Origin: Macrostomum hystrix
Taxonomy: Eukaryota > Animalia > Platyhelminthes
Assembly (NCBI GenBank): GCA_950097015.1
Contig: CATNEN010000039.1
Coordinates: forward strand, 2,666,001 to 2,730,000
Reading direction: 5' to 3'
DNA: 64,000 nucleotides
The notes below the pieces were generated by a model. It saw only the letters and a list, made by a program, of their open reading frames with translations. It was not told the DNA's origin and did no database searches. Each line of letters starts with the position of its first letter. Within the stretch, counting starts at the first letter, position 1. Both the position numbers and the translations under genes were made by a program. Below are positions 50,682-63,335 of the stretch, piece after piece.

Positions 50682-51999
50682 TTGCAGCCCATTTGGTCTT
50701 AAAAGCATTTAATTTAATCCAAGATCTGCCAGGTAGAGTATTTCAGATTTAGTCTAAGGTCATAAGGATCGATGCATTTAATTTGGTCCAAGAAGATTTA
50801 GTCTATGGTCACAGGGATGCATTTAATTTGGTCCAAGAAGATTTAGTCTATGGTCACAGGGATGCATTTAATTTGGTCCAAGAAGATTTAGTCTATGGTC
50901 ACAGGGATGCATTTAATTTGGTCCAAGAAGATTTAGTCTATGGTCACAGGGATGCATTTAATTTGGTCCAAGAAGATTTAGTCTATGGTCACAGGGATGC
51001 ATTTAATTTGGTCCAAGAAGATTTAGTCTATGGTCACAGGGATGCATTTAATTTGGTCCAAGAAGATTTAGTCTATGGTCACAGGGATGCATTTAATTTG
51101 GTCCAAGAAGATTTAGTCTATGGTCACAGGGATGCATTTAATTTAACCAAAGAAGCATCAATTTGGTCCATGGCAGATGTGCAAGCCCGAGCAAGAGTTG
51201 AAGGCTGACCAATGCAACTTATTTAACAAATGCCAATGCCAAGGTAGACAAGTCCAATTGTGGGTGAAATTGCAGCTTGCAGTACATTCACGTGATGACC
51301 TCGGTGAGAATGGACAGTGCGCCGTAAGCGCTGACCTCGACGACCACGAGCCTGCGTTTTCGAGTCCAAATGTGGAATCCAGTTTCGTGCAGATAAATTA
51401 GATAAACTCCGGGGTCAAGACCCGTCAGCCTTACAGCAAACACTTGCCTTCTCGCAACCGTCTGCAGGCTGTTGCGTACCGTTGAAATATCAGCGTCTCT
51501 ACCAAGAACTTTCAGTGCTATCAACTGCGTTTTCCAAAGCGTCCCCGATTCTGTTGCTAAGCTGGCTCTTCCGCAGCAGTTGAAAATGAGGAATTGCTTC
51601 CGTCCTCAGTATGCTCGTGTCAGTCAAGCCTAAATTTAAATCTAAGAGGGAAACAAAGAAAACGCAACTGGACCAAATTAAATGCCGCTATGGCATCCTT
51701 GTGACCATAGACTAAAGCAAAAATAATCTACCTGGCAGATCTTGGATTATGTATATGATAGTGGCTGCTTAATTGGCATTCTGTGGTTAGAAAGTCTATT
51801 AGAAAGTTTAATGGTCCGAGGCGAGCGAAGCGAGAATTTATACGGTTTAATGGGCCCCGTTTTCGGGACCATTATATGGCACACTGGTTCAAGACTTCGC
51901 ATTTTCCAATCATAGACGATAGATTCGTGGCTCAGAATGCGCCCATTAAACGTCGACGAAATCGGATTTTATATGCTTGTAAGACCAAATGGGCTGCAA
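50682..51999. mobile_element. Non-autonomous element with long interrupted terminal inverted repeats
   Basis: Perfect 20-bp IR (50682-50701 vs 51980-51999), perfect 23-bp IR (50715-50737 vs 51727-51749) and further IR blocks at 51669-51716. No TSD or transposase seen. Confidence 0.7.
50745..51143. repeat. 45-bp minisatellite inside the left inverted repeat
   Basis: GATGCATTTAATTTGGTCCAAGAAGATTTAGTCTATGGTCACAGG, 8 near-identical copies. Confidence 0.97.
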
Positions 52000-52029
52000 A
52001 AGGCTATAGTAAAAGGTGACTTCAGAACA

Positions 52030-52340
52030 CTCAACACACAACACAATCCCAACACTCAACACAATCACAACACAACACAAACCTACAGTCAACACAATCC
52101 CTACAGTCAACACAATCTCTTCACTAAACACAATCCCTTCGCTAAACACAATCCCTTCACTCAACACAATCCCTTCACTAAACACAATCCCTTCACTAAA
52201 CACAATCCCTTCACTAAACACAATCCCTTCACTAAACACAATCCCTTCACTAAACACAATCCCTTCGCTAAACACAATCCCTTCACTCAACACAATCCCT
52301 TCACTAAACACAATCCCTTCACTAAACACAATCCCTACAC
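52030..52340. repeat. 18-bp minisatellite
   Basis: AACACAATCCCTTCACTA, about 16 copies, degenerate at the left end. Confidence 0.93.
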
Positions 52341-52677
52341 AACGGCGCGATCTAAAAGCTTGAATCCATGTGGAAAAAGTGAGTCGATGAACTCTGGTCC
52401 TTAATAATTTAGAGTTAATCATTCACGTAAGAGTACAGTAGCAAAGAAATTATGAAAAAAGCATGGCAGTGTTTCCCAAATTGTCATCCTATGTTAGGCA
52501 ACTCAAACTGTTTGAAGCAGAGCACTCAAAGGCTGGCAAATATTTACAAGCCAGTTTGCTAAAAACCAGTTGAGGATTTTGCATCCCACTTTTTATCAGA
52601 ACTCCTGTGGCAGTCACTCCAGCTGCCGCAAGCTAAAACTGCTCGTCAGAACCGCATTCCTAGGGCTAAAATTGTGG

Positions 52678-52840
52678 TGACAGCCATGCATGTAGAACTA
52701 TGTACATCCGACAGTCATGTATGTAGAACTATGTACATGTGACAGCCATGTATGTAGAACTATGTACATCCGACAGCCATGCACGTAGAACTATGAACAC
52801 GTAACAGTCATGTACAAATATGCACATTTAACAGCCATGC
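52678..52840. repeat. 31-bp degenerate minisatellite
   Basis: ACAGCCATGTATGTAGAACTATGTACATCCG, 4-5 copies. Confidence 0.85.
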
Positions 52841-53559
52841 ATGCAGATAAATACGAGTATATATCGTCTATCTATGTGCACGTGGCGGCAAATAGTACTA
52901 AATAAAAGCGTTAGTCTCGAAAGGGCGTTGTGTTTTCTCACTGAGTTGCGTCAATCAGCTGTTATTTCAGGCTGTCAGAAACGCACAGCGAGACCAGGCA
53001 GGCCGGGGAGAGACAGTCAGCCGCCAGTCTGTCTGGTTTATTATTTATTGTGAGGATTTGGTGAGGCCAAACAGCTGCCGTGAATCTCTGTCAGATGTTA
53101 TTTGAGATCGCAAAGTACGCTATTCGATTTCTAACACGACGAATCAGAGCTCGATGATGCGATGCTCGCTGGGTCTGGGCTAAGCTAGAATAAAAGTACA
53201 TAAGTTCTAAAAATAGCCTCGGCTAGATGCATGCGCCGGGAAATATTAATGAATTGCTATTCGCAGGCCGAGATGCATAATTTCGCACACGATTAAAGAG
53301 GCCTAAACATGACGCAAAGAAGGTACCAAAGCACGCGGACCACTTGGCAATGGACACGATAGGGACTAACTGCAAGCAGGTGAAAAAAACTTCTCCAAGA
53401 TGATCTGGCTCGAATCCTATGCTAGTCACTAGATTAATCGCCAGATAAAAGGGCGAAGAAATCGGCAGGAAAATGATTGGTCGAGAGCAAGTGTACGCTG
53501 GTTGGTCGAAAATAAATGTATCTTTGGGGTGGGGTTGGTTGATAGCGAATTCGCATATG

Positions 53560-53772
53560 TCGTGGTGGGATTGGTCGGGAACGAATGTACATCTGGGGTG
53601 GTGGGATTGGTCGGGAAAGAATGTACATCTAGGGTGGTGGGATTGGTCGGGAAAGAATGTACATCTGGGGTGGCGGGATTGGTCGGGAACGAATGTACAT
53701 CTCGGGTGGTGGGATTGGTCGGGAAAGAATGTACATCTGGGGTGGTGGGATTGGTCGGGAAAGAATGTACAT
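53560..53772. repeat. 36-bp G-rich minisatellite
   Basis: GTGGTGGGATTGGTCGGGAAAGAATGTACATCTGGG, about 6 copies. Confidence 0.93.
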
Positions 53773-54490
53773 ATGGATTTGTGAGTTATAGATGAATGTA
53801 CACAATTTATCATTCCCTAGCTGCCTGCAGTTGTTGATTAGCAAAAGTTGGGTAAATTAAAAAAATTCTAAGAGAGAAAAGCTATTTGCATTCGGAGCAG
53901 CACAAAAGGCTTAGAATAAATAAAGCAAGACTGACTAGCGCACAATTTCTAAGAAAAGTCATAAAAAGGCAATGAGAGTACATGCCAAAAAGTGTTAAAA
54001 AGAAGCAAACTGAGGTTAAGCCAGCAACTTTTAACAGACAAAATTCAAGCCCAAAAAGTATTCGAGATTTCGACTGTGCATTTTACAATTGCTGAATGTA
54101 ACCAGAATTGTTTACTAAAATTTTTTTAAACATGACTAGGCTGATTAGCTGACTTGTTGCTAGGGAAAAATAAGAGATTGCCAATCGAAAGAGGGAATCG
54201 CAAAGGAAAATCAAAGTGAAAAAAACAAAAATAAAAACAATTCAACTATTGTTTGTTTTTATTGTTTTATAGGCTTGGAAAAAAATGGATCAACAATGGC
54301 CAATCTGGCTACTATCGAGTAGTATGAAGAGTTTGCAAACCCAACTAGAATTGTAAAAAAAGAAGTGATTTCAATCAGACAGAAAATAAGTTACCTTATC
54401 CTACGAGTATGTCTAGACAAAACATTCCACAATAGTTTTTTTAGAACTTAAACTATAAATATTAGCACAGCAGCACAGCTAGTCTATTTC

Positions 54491-57400
54491 TCACTTATTC
54501 ATAAGCAACTCGAAGCGAACCATGGCCTCACGGTCCACCTTGCTGTACTGGCTGTTGCGCAGGTTGTAGATCAGGCACTCCACCATCACCAGGGTATTGG
54601 GGCGCAGGTTTTGGAATTGTAGAGCAACCAGGGGAGCCCGGTAACCAATCTGGGATCGGACGGTTGAAGCATTATTGAAGTATTATTATTCATTAATTAG
54701 TAACCATTGATTACACTTGCGCCAATATGACCAGATGTGCAGCAACCCTCACAAGGCTACAGCAACCCTCACAAGGCTACAGCAACCTTCACAAGGCTAC
54801 AGCAACCCTCACAAGGCTACAGCAGCCCTCACAAGGCTACAGCAGCCCTCACAAGGCTACAGCAACCCTCACAAGGCTACAGCAGCCCTCACTAGGCTAC
54901 AGCAGCCCTCACAAGGCTACAGCAGCCCTCACAAGGCTACAGCAGCCCTCATTAGGCTACAGCAACCCTCACAAGGCTACAGCAGCCCTCACAAGGCTAC
55001 AGCAGCCCTCATTAGGCTACAGCAGCCCTCACTAGGCTACAGCAGCCCTCATGAGGCTACAGCAACCCTCACTAGGCTACAGCAGCCCTCATTAGGCTAC
55101 AGCAACCCTCACTAGGCTACAGCAACCCTCACTAGGCTACAGCAGCCCTCATTAGGCTACAGCAACCCTCACTAGGCTACAGCAACCCTCACTAGGCTAC
55201 AGCAACCCTCACTAGGCTACAGCAACCCTCACTAGGCTACAGCAGCCCTCACTAGGCTACAGCAACCCTCACTAGGCTACAGCAGCCCTCATTAGGCTAC
55301 AGCAGCCCTCATTAGGCTACAGCAACCCTCATTAGGCTGCAGCCCCCCGATAGAGCAATAAGAAGTCCCTGAACTCGATGACTTACCTGTTTCAGGTAGG
55401 GATAGAAGGCCTGGTTGAAGTATCCGTAGGTCTCATTCTTTCCGGTGACGTTGGACACAAGCGAAGGCTGGTAGTCTATATTTCCGACGCTCTCCGTGTC
55501 TGCGGGATTCTCGCCGCGGCAGGCCACCAGCGGGTGCGGGTTTTCCTCGTCTATGGGGTCGGGCAGCCAGCCGAATATCTTGTTAAGCTTCAGCACAACG
55601 CAGGGGTTGCCGGAGGCGTAGCCGAAGTCGTTGTTGGGCAGACAGCCGGGCAGTTCGCTTGTCCAATTGAACTTGCATACCTGGGCGAATTAGAAAGATA
55701 ATTCCTAATTAGAAAGTGTCAGGCTTTACCATGATGGGATGTGAAAGTGTCAGGCTTTCGCATGATGGGATGTGAAAGTGTCAGGCTTTCCCATGATGGG
55801 TTGTGAGTGTCAGGCTTTCCCATGATGGGATGTGAAAGTGTCAGGCTTTACCCTGATGGGATTTGAAAGTGTCAGGCTTGACCATGATGGGGTTTTGAAG
55901 TGTCAGGCTTTCCCATGATGGGATGTGAAATTTTCAGGCTTTACCCTGATGGGATTTGAAAGTGTCAGGCTTGACATTGATTGGATGTGAAAGTGTCAGG
56001 CTTTACCATGATGGGATGTGAAAGTGTCAGGCTTTCGCATGATGGGATGTGAAAGTGTCAGGCTTTCCCATGATGGGATGTGAAAGTGTCAGGCTTTACC
56101 CTGATGGGATTTGAAAGTGTCAGGCTTGACCATGATGGGGTTTTGAAGTGTCAGGCTTTCCCATGATAAGATGTGAGTGTCAGGCTTTCCCATGATGGGA
56201 TGTGAAATTTTCAGGCTTTACCATGATGGGATTTGAAAGTGTCAGGCTTGACCATGATGGGGTTTTGAAGTGTCAGGCTTTCCCATGATAAGATGTGAGT
56301 GTCAGGCTTTCCCATGATGGGATGTGAAATTGTCAGGCTTTACCCTGATGGGATTTGAAAGTGTCAGGCTTTCGCATGATGGGATGTGAGTGTCAGGCTT
56401 TCCCATGATGGGATGTGAAATTTTCAGGCTTTACCCTGATGGGATTTGAAAGTGTCAGGCTTGACCCTGATGGGGTTTTGAAGTGTCAGGCTTTCCCATG
56501 ATGGGATTTGAAAGTGTCAGCTTTCGCATGATGGGATTCCAGTGTTTGTAAATCATTCAGCAATCTCAGATCCCAGCAAACCTTTGACGGCAAGCCATCT
56601 GGCGGGCTATTATGCTTGCAGGCTGAGCGCACGTGGACCTGCTCAGGCTTGAGCTCAATGCGCTTGTAGGTGTCGTACAACTCCTGAATGTTGGCCACGT
56701 GGCGCACATAGGTATCCCGCATCCCCGCAGTGAACTCGATCAGTGTGCTGTCCATGTCCGGCTGCGGCCGGAAGCCCAGGCCGGGGTTCATCTGCAGCAG
56801 CGAGTTGTCGCCTAGTTCAGTGGATGGGGATTGCGTAATCACTGAATTCGTGGAACTAGACTTTGACGAGCTCGATCCAATAGAAAAGGAACCTAGCCCA
56901 GTTGGGCCAAAGCTATGTACAGCAAACAGCAAATGCTGAGCTTTTAAATTAATATAAAATAATGCAGTACCTCACTATTGATTGCCTGGACTAGGGAGGC
57001 CGCCAACACCACCCAAATTCAACCCCAGCTAATGCTAGCACCAGTTCAACAGCTGAGTAAACTAAAAACAACTGTGAATCCAGTGTCCTGCTTAAGGACC
57101 GAGATTCGAACTCTGGACCTCTCGGTCGAAAATCACAAGGTCTAAACACATGGCTGCAAGCTGCCTCTGGTCTATCTAAGAAATGAGGAATATGACCGTG
57201 CTCCAATCTGAAGATCTCGAAACAGAGCTGTGCTCAATCTTAGGATCTGGGAACAGAGCTGTGCTCCAATCTGAAGATCTGGGAACAGAGCTGTGCTCCA
57301 ATCTGAGGATCTGGGAACAGAGCTGTGCTCCAATCTGAGGATCTGGGAACAGAGCTGTGCTCCAATCTGAGGATCTGGGAACAGAGCTGTGCTCAATCTG

Positions 57401-57683
57401 CTATCACAAGTTAGGGGCAAGTACCTGTGCGATGCGGCTTGCTATCCACCAGGACGCCAAACAGAAACACAGACAGCATGCCCACAAAGAAGCCAGCCAG
57501 GCAGCTGTAGAAGATGAGGTAGAAGATGAAGATCTTCAGCCAGGAGCATCCGGTGCGCCCCATCACCTGGCCTGTGCTCTTGTTGTACAGGAAGCGACAG
57601 AAGGAGGCCCACCGAGAGCTGTTCAGCGGCTCCTCGAACTCTGGCTCGGGAACGAAGCCTTCGCACTGGTTGTTTTCAGTCAT
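54491..57683 (-). CDS. Na+/K+-ATPase beta subunit (ATP1B/nervana family)
   Basis: Exons 57683-57425, 56811-56582, 55680-55387, 54649-54491 join in frame. FLYNKSTGQVMGRTGCSWLKIFIFYLIFYSCLAGFF (TM), NPGLGFRPQP, DFGYASGNPCVVLKLNKIFGWLP, FYPY, GYRAPLVALQF. Confidence 0.95.
54740..55340. repeat. 20-bp minisatellite filling ATPase-beta intron 3
   Basis: AGCA(A/G)CCCTCAC(A/T)AGGCTAC, about 30 copies. Confidence 0.97.
55712..56540. repeat. ~31-bp minisatellite filling ATPase-beta intron 2
   Basis: AAAGTGTCAGGCTTTCCCATGATGGGATGTG, about 27 copies. Confidence 0.97.
56990..57168 (-). mobile_element. SINE family B (tRNA head plus CORE-like body)
   Basis: B box GAGTTCGAATCT followed by CCTTAAGCAGGACACT...AGTTTACTCAGCTGTTGAACTGG. 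Confidence 0.65.
57198..57400. repeat. 32-bp minisatellite in ATPase-beta intron 1
   Basis: CTCCAATCTGAGGATCTGGGAACAGAGCTGTG, about 6 copies. Confidence 0.93.
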
Positions 57684-57834
57684 GCTGAATTCGCTGAATT
57701 CGCTGGATTGGGTCCGGGTGAAATACTGGGTACTTTTGACTGCGGCCTTTGCTTTTCGGAGATAAATCAGTCAACTGGAGAGTGCGATGCGCTGAAATGT
57801 TTTGGACGCAAATACAAGGAAAGTTTAGTGCATG

Positions 57835-58620
57835 AGATCAAGTTTGGGGATCATAGACGTGGATAAGATCTAGTGTGGGAATCATTGATGTGAATGGGCT
57901 CTAGTGTGGGGATCATAGACATAGTTGGAACTTAGGATTCAGTTTAGCGATCATAGACTTGGATGCGATCTACTTTGGAGAATCGGGATGTGGATGTGGA
58001 TAGGAATAGGATCTAGTTTGAGGATCATTGATGTGGATGGGATCTAGTGTGGGAATCATAGATGTGGATGGGATCTAGTGTGTGAATCATAGATGTGGAT
58101 GGGATCTAGTGTGGGAATCATAGATGTGGATGGGATCTAGTTTGCGGATCATAGATGTGGATGGGATCTAGTTTGCGGATCATAGATGTTGATGGGATCT
58201 ACTGTGGGAATCAAAGATGTGGATGGGATCTAGTTTGGGGATCATAGATGTTGATGGGATCTACTGTGGGAATCAAAGATGTGGATGGGATCTACTGTGG
58301 GAATCAAAGATGTGGATGGGATCTACTGTGGGAATCAAAGATGTGGATGGGATCTAGTTTGGGGATCATATATGTTGATGGGATCTACTGTGGGAATCAA
58401 AGATGTGGATGGGATCTACTGTGGGAATCATAGATGTGGATGGGATCTACTGTGGGAATCAAAGATGTGGATGGGATCAACTGTGGGAATCATAGATGTG
58501 GATGGGATCTACTGTAGGAATCATAGATATGGATGGGATATAGTGTGGGAATCATAGTTGTGGATCAGAGATGCAGTTAAAATCTAATTTGGGGATCATA
58601 GTTCAGGATTGGATGGGATC
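57835..58620. repeat. 31-bp minisatellite upstream of the ATPase-beta first coding exon
   Basis: GATGTGGATGGGATCTA(G/C)TGTGGGAATCA(T/A)A, about 24 copies with degenerate edges. Confidence 0.95.
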
Positions 58621-59872
58621 GAGTAAGTTATAAAACGATGGGATTAAGAGGATAAGATTATTGAAGGAAGTGGATGATTGTTTGTCCTCATAAACATAGA
58701 ATCGGAAAAGTCTCTATCTCAAAGAAACTTAATTAAACAAGCAAAGATGGATATAGACAAGGATTTTGTCATAAAGATTAGGCCTATCCAGTCATATACG
58801 CTTGTAATTTAATAAAGGGAGGATTTGACGGCTTAGAGAAGCATGCAATGAATAAATTCAACAAAAGTAGAGCTAATGAGTTGAATAATTAACTGAAAAG
58901 TAATACGATAAGCGCGCCTCAGTTAGGCCTAATGGAGTCCAGCATGATAACTACAATATGAAATCTACAACAATGTGAAATATGACTAACACAATATGTC
59001 GATAGTTTAGCGTTTCAAACGTATCTAGAACTTGCAAAATATCTGTAACAATGATTTTATTCTTCTATTAAGTAAATTTGTCTCAGTTTTTCTTACCAAG
59101 TCAAACCTTGAAGCAGTTAACTAATATTAGTTTACAAATACAATGAAATTCAGGTCAGGATTAACCAAGGGTCAAGCCGGGAATCGCTGTTTCTAGCCCC
59201 AACCGACTGGGGAAGATCTCACAGGGCTGGCAGGCCAGAGTTGGGATTTAGAAGCAGAATGTGAGAATGGGAAGATAGGTGGGGATAGAAGGGTATTAGG
59301 AGGATTTGAAGCGGCTAAAATCCCAGTTCAGAACGGGAAACAGAGAAGGGGAAGAAAGCCTCACTGTACGCACACGGAAAGAAAATGGGAGCTAGCTGGG
59401 GCACAGGATGCAAAGAGCGATTTCATTGGCTAGGACAGAAAGCCAGGGGAGAGAAGGACAGAGAATATGGAGCTCAGTTGTACATACACGCAATGAACAC
59501 CAACTAGAATAGGATAATGGTTAGGGAGGGAAACACACTGGTCCCGCGGCGCATAGGTGGCAGTTCTAGTTTCCATGGCCGAGTGACGGCAGAGAAGAAA
59601 AATGGAGAGGACGGTGAAGGAAAGGGGAGACTGTAAAAGCTGCAAATTGGAATTGCACTCCGCACTTTTTAACACTGCTGCTGCACATTCAAGCATTCGT
59701 CAGTCAGTCAGTTTGGAAGTACCAGAAGAGTTGGTCCCTAACACTTCTCTCACAACTGCAAGCAGCAGCTCCTAGCCAAACTGGTCTTTGCTAGTTTTCC
59801 CACACCTTTAGGTTTAGCGCTTCCATCCAGGAAGCAAAAACAAACAAAACAAACAAACGGCTGCCGATTGCA

Positions 59873-60316
59873 GCTGATGGACTGGGGAGTGGTGGTCCTC
59901 AACTGATGGTCTGGGGGAGTGGTGGTCCTCAACTGATGGTCTGGGGGAGTGGTGGTCCTCAACTGATGGTCTGGGGGAGTGGTGGTCCTCAACTGATGGA
60001 CTGGGGGAGTGGTGGTCTTCAACTGATGGACTGGGGGAGTGGGGGTCCTCAACTGATGGTCTGGGGGAGTGGTGGTCCTCAACTGATGGTCTGGGGGAGT
60101 GGTGGTCCTCAACTGATGGACTGGGGGAGTGGTGGTCTTCAACTGATGGACTGGGGGAGTGGGGGTCCTCAACTGATGGTCTGGGGGAGTGGTGGTCCTC
60201 AACTGATGGACTGGGGGAGTGGTGGTCCTCAACTGATGGTCTGGGGGAGTGGTGGTCCTCAACTGATGGTCTGGGGGAGTGGTGGTCCTCAACTGATGGT
60301 CTGGGGGAGTGGTGGT
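59873..60316. repeat. 30-bp G-rich minisatellite
   Basis: CTGGGGGAGTGGTGGTCCTCAACTGATGG(T/A), about 15 copies. Confidence 0.97.
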
Positions 60317-62656
60317 CAACACAGCCTATATGAGTGTGTGCCTGTATACAGTATAATGTGGGTGTGTTCTTCAGAGACAGCAAAATGGGCAGCACGGGCT
60401 TTTGCTGGCAGCAATTCTACTGTCACTAAATGATATTGCCAGTGCCTATAGCTCTCTTGCCATTGTTTTTATAGCTAATACTATTAGAATTTTATTAAAA
60501 GATAGACTTGACCACTGCCAAGCATCAAGCCATAGCAAAGTCCAATGGTTCAAAGTTTGTGTTGGGTTATTTATATTAAGATTCAGATCTTCAGAGATAG
60601 ATGTTAAAGATTTTCAAGAAAAATGTATGACTTTCAGATTCATAAACATTTTCAAAATGTATGACAGCACAATGATATTTAGTATGTATACAATTAGACA
60701 TACATCACAGGACCTGCAAAGTAACACTGACATGTAGTAACAATAAGCTAGTTACAATTTATATGCTTTTATCACTCTTTTTTGAAAGTCAAATTTGTAC
60801 CTATGCTCTTTGTTTAAATGTGCTAGATATTGTTTATGTGTTTACACTATGCTATTCACTTTAACAAACCTTTTTGTGTGTATAAACAATTGCAATTTCT
60901 GTGTCTGTGAGACAAATCAACATGCTTATGTGGCAAAAAAGCTTATAAACTATTAATTGAGTAAGAAGGTCAAAAGAGTTTTCAAAGTGTCGAGTTGGTT
61001 ATTTGAGGCTGTGGCCCTCTGATCCACAGGAAATGCACAGAGAAGACTGGTGTTCAAAGAGCCTTAGAGAGAGACCACTTGTGCCAAGTGATATGCTACC
61101 AATAGAAAGAAAGATATATTGATAAACCCTGTTACAGATATAAAATTATTTAACAGAAATAAGTTACTAAAAACAAAAATATTGTTGCTTGCATAGGCCA
61201 TTTTATGCATTTCTTAGTTACAAAATTGTATTATAGTTAAAAATCAACATCAGGAAATGTGGATTGGCATCTTTCTATTGACTATAAAATATATTAACTG
61301 TGCTCTGAAAAGTCTGAATGTTCTTCAAATAATCTATAATCTAGATCTTCTAATAATAATTTTAAGTATGGGGGGCCTAGCTATCTAAATAAAAACTCAA
61401 TTTCTAAAAATGTCAGAGCCAAATCAAGAGATAGGGGCTAGCTCATAGTCTAGATCATGTAGTGCATGCCAGAATTTTCCAGCATGCATGGCATGCATTG
61501 GTATATATTTTAAGGGTTAGCATACACTTTGACATACAAAGCGTGCATGGCAATGGTGTAGTGTGCAAACATATACTGCATTTAAAAAGAGATCAAATAT
61601 GTGTTTAATGGAGCTGTATGTACAATTACAAATATCAACCAATTATTTAACAGACTTTAGATGACTAAAACAAAATGTTGTGTTATCTGTAAAAACATTT
61701 TTATGTTTTGTTGATTGGACTATAAATACTATAAATAAACTAATCGTTATGTTTGATATTGCTTTTCAATAGGCCTAAATACAAAAATGGAAGTAGGGGG
61801 GCCTAAGTTTGTCTTTTTAAAGCTAAAATTGTATTACTTCATTTTTATACAAATTATATGAAGTGCCATGTTGGCGTGCACTGGTGTGCGATTTGAAAAA
61901 ACTCTGCATCCTTGGCATGCAAACCATTTTTTCAAAATTTTTCTTCTGGCGTGCAGCCAACATGATCCAGACTATTGGTTATAGGGCTTAATGCTTTGAC
62001 CTTAGATAAGCTAATCCTGTTTAGCTATCTTGCAATTTTGCAAATTAAATTGTTTTTTTTGCTTTAAATTGCATCTTAATGTTTGATATGGTTTAAAGTT
62101 TATGACAAATGACAGAGTTTTTAACAATAGCATGGCACATCATATGGTCAAAGCCACATCAATGAGTTCCTGTGGCATTGGATCTACTGTTCAAAGGCCT
62201 TCAGGCTTCAGCAATCTCCTGTTCTGAGTTACCCAGTCTAGGTAGTCCAACATACTGGGTATGTCTGGGTATAACTGATGGTCATACTGATAAAAATCGT
62301 TAATAAATTTGTTGAACCTTGTCACTTATGGAAGTCATTGGTAGTTAAAACTTTGTTAAAGTCAAACATTAAAACATCAAATGTTGTTAAACTCTGCTAA
62401 AATAGAATTTAAGGAGAAAAATATATATGTAAAAAACTGCAAGATAGCCCTGTTGTTCTTATTCTGAATATTTTACTAAAATGATTAAAATACACCTGTA
62501 CAACACCAAAATATTTTAAGCCCTAATAGTTGGTTACCATATGAGTTAGAAAGCAGACAAAATTAGTCAAGATTCTACAATCTAGAAATTAAACTGTTTA
62601 ATTACTAAAAAAATACAGTTTGAGCTAGGCCTAAACCTAAAAAGGCAAAGTTTATT

Positions 62657-63335
62657 GGCAGAGCTTATTCCCACGGTCCCGTGCCGATAATTTCAATTTT
62701 ATCCACATGGATCCGTGCCGATAATTTTCTGCTTATCCACACGGCAGCTTGTATAAATAGGTCTACAACTCTTTATATATGCCGTGCCGTTAATTTCAAT
62801 TTTATCCACACGGTTCTGTTCTTTGAAACGAGGCCCTTTCAGATTTGAACGTTTTGTTGAACCCTCGAGCCAATAGATCGACAAAGTTGCCAGTGTGTTA
62901 CGACAGTGTTCTACATTTCGACCTACACATTAATTAACTGACATTAATGTCATCCTTTTTAATTATTTTAATAACAACTTACTAAATCTTTTGTCATCGT
63001 TACGTGTTTTCATTCAAATTGTATTGACTTAAAGAGTAAAAAGTCTATCAAAGAAAATCATACGAGTCAACCAGCAGAATTCTAGTCAGCATCAAACTTG
63101 TCACACATTATACATCATTGTTATTATTTTACACTATTCATTGATAGTGTACACTATACACTATACTCTGAAGCAAAAGCCTTATGCTCAGAGAAGAATT
63201 AGAATAGGTACGTAGGGACTTGAAAGTAGACCTATTCATACAAGCTGCCGTGTGGATAAGCAGAAAATTATCGGCACGGATCCGTGTGGATAAAATTGAA
63301 ATTATCGGCACGGGACCGTGGGAATAAGCACTTCC
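62657..63335. mobile_element. Mutator (MULE)-like non-autonomous DNA transposon
   Basis: ~110-bp terminal inverted repeats starting GG and ending CC; perfect 9-bp TSD AAGTTTATT at 62648-62656 and 63336-63344; no transposase ORF. Confidence 0.88.

Noticed and set aside
62699-62812. Repeated TTATCCACA, identical to the bacterial DnaA box
   Set aside because: It is part of the transposon TIR modules in a eukaryotic locus, with no other oriC features.
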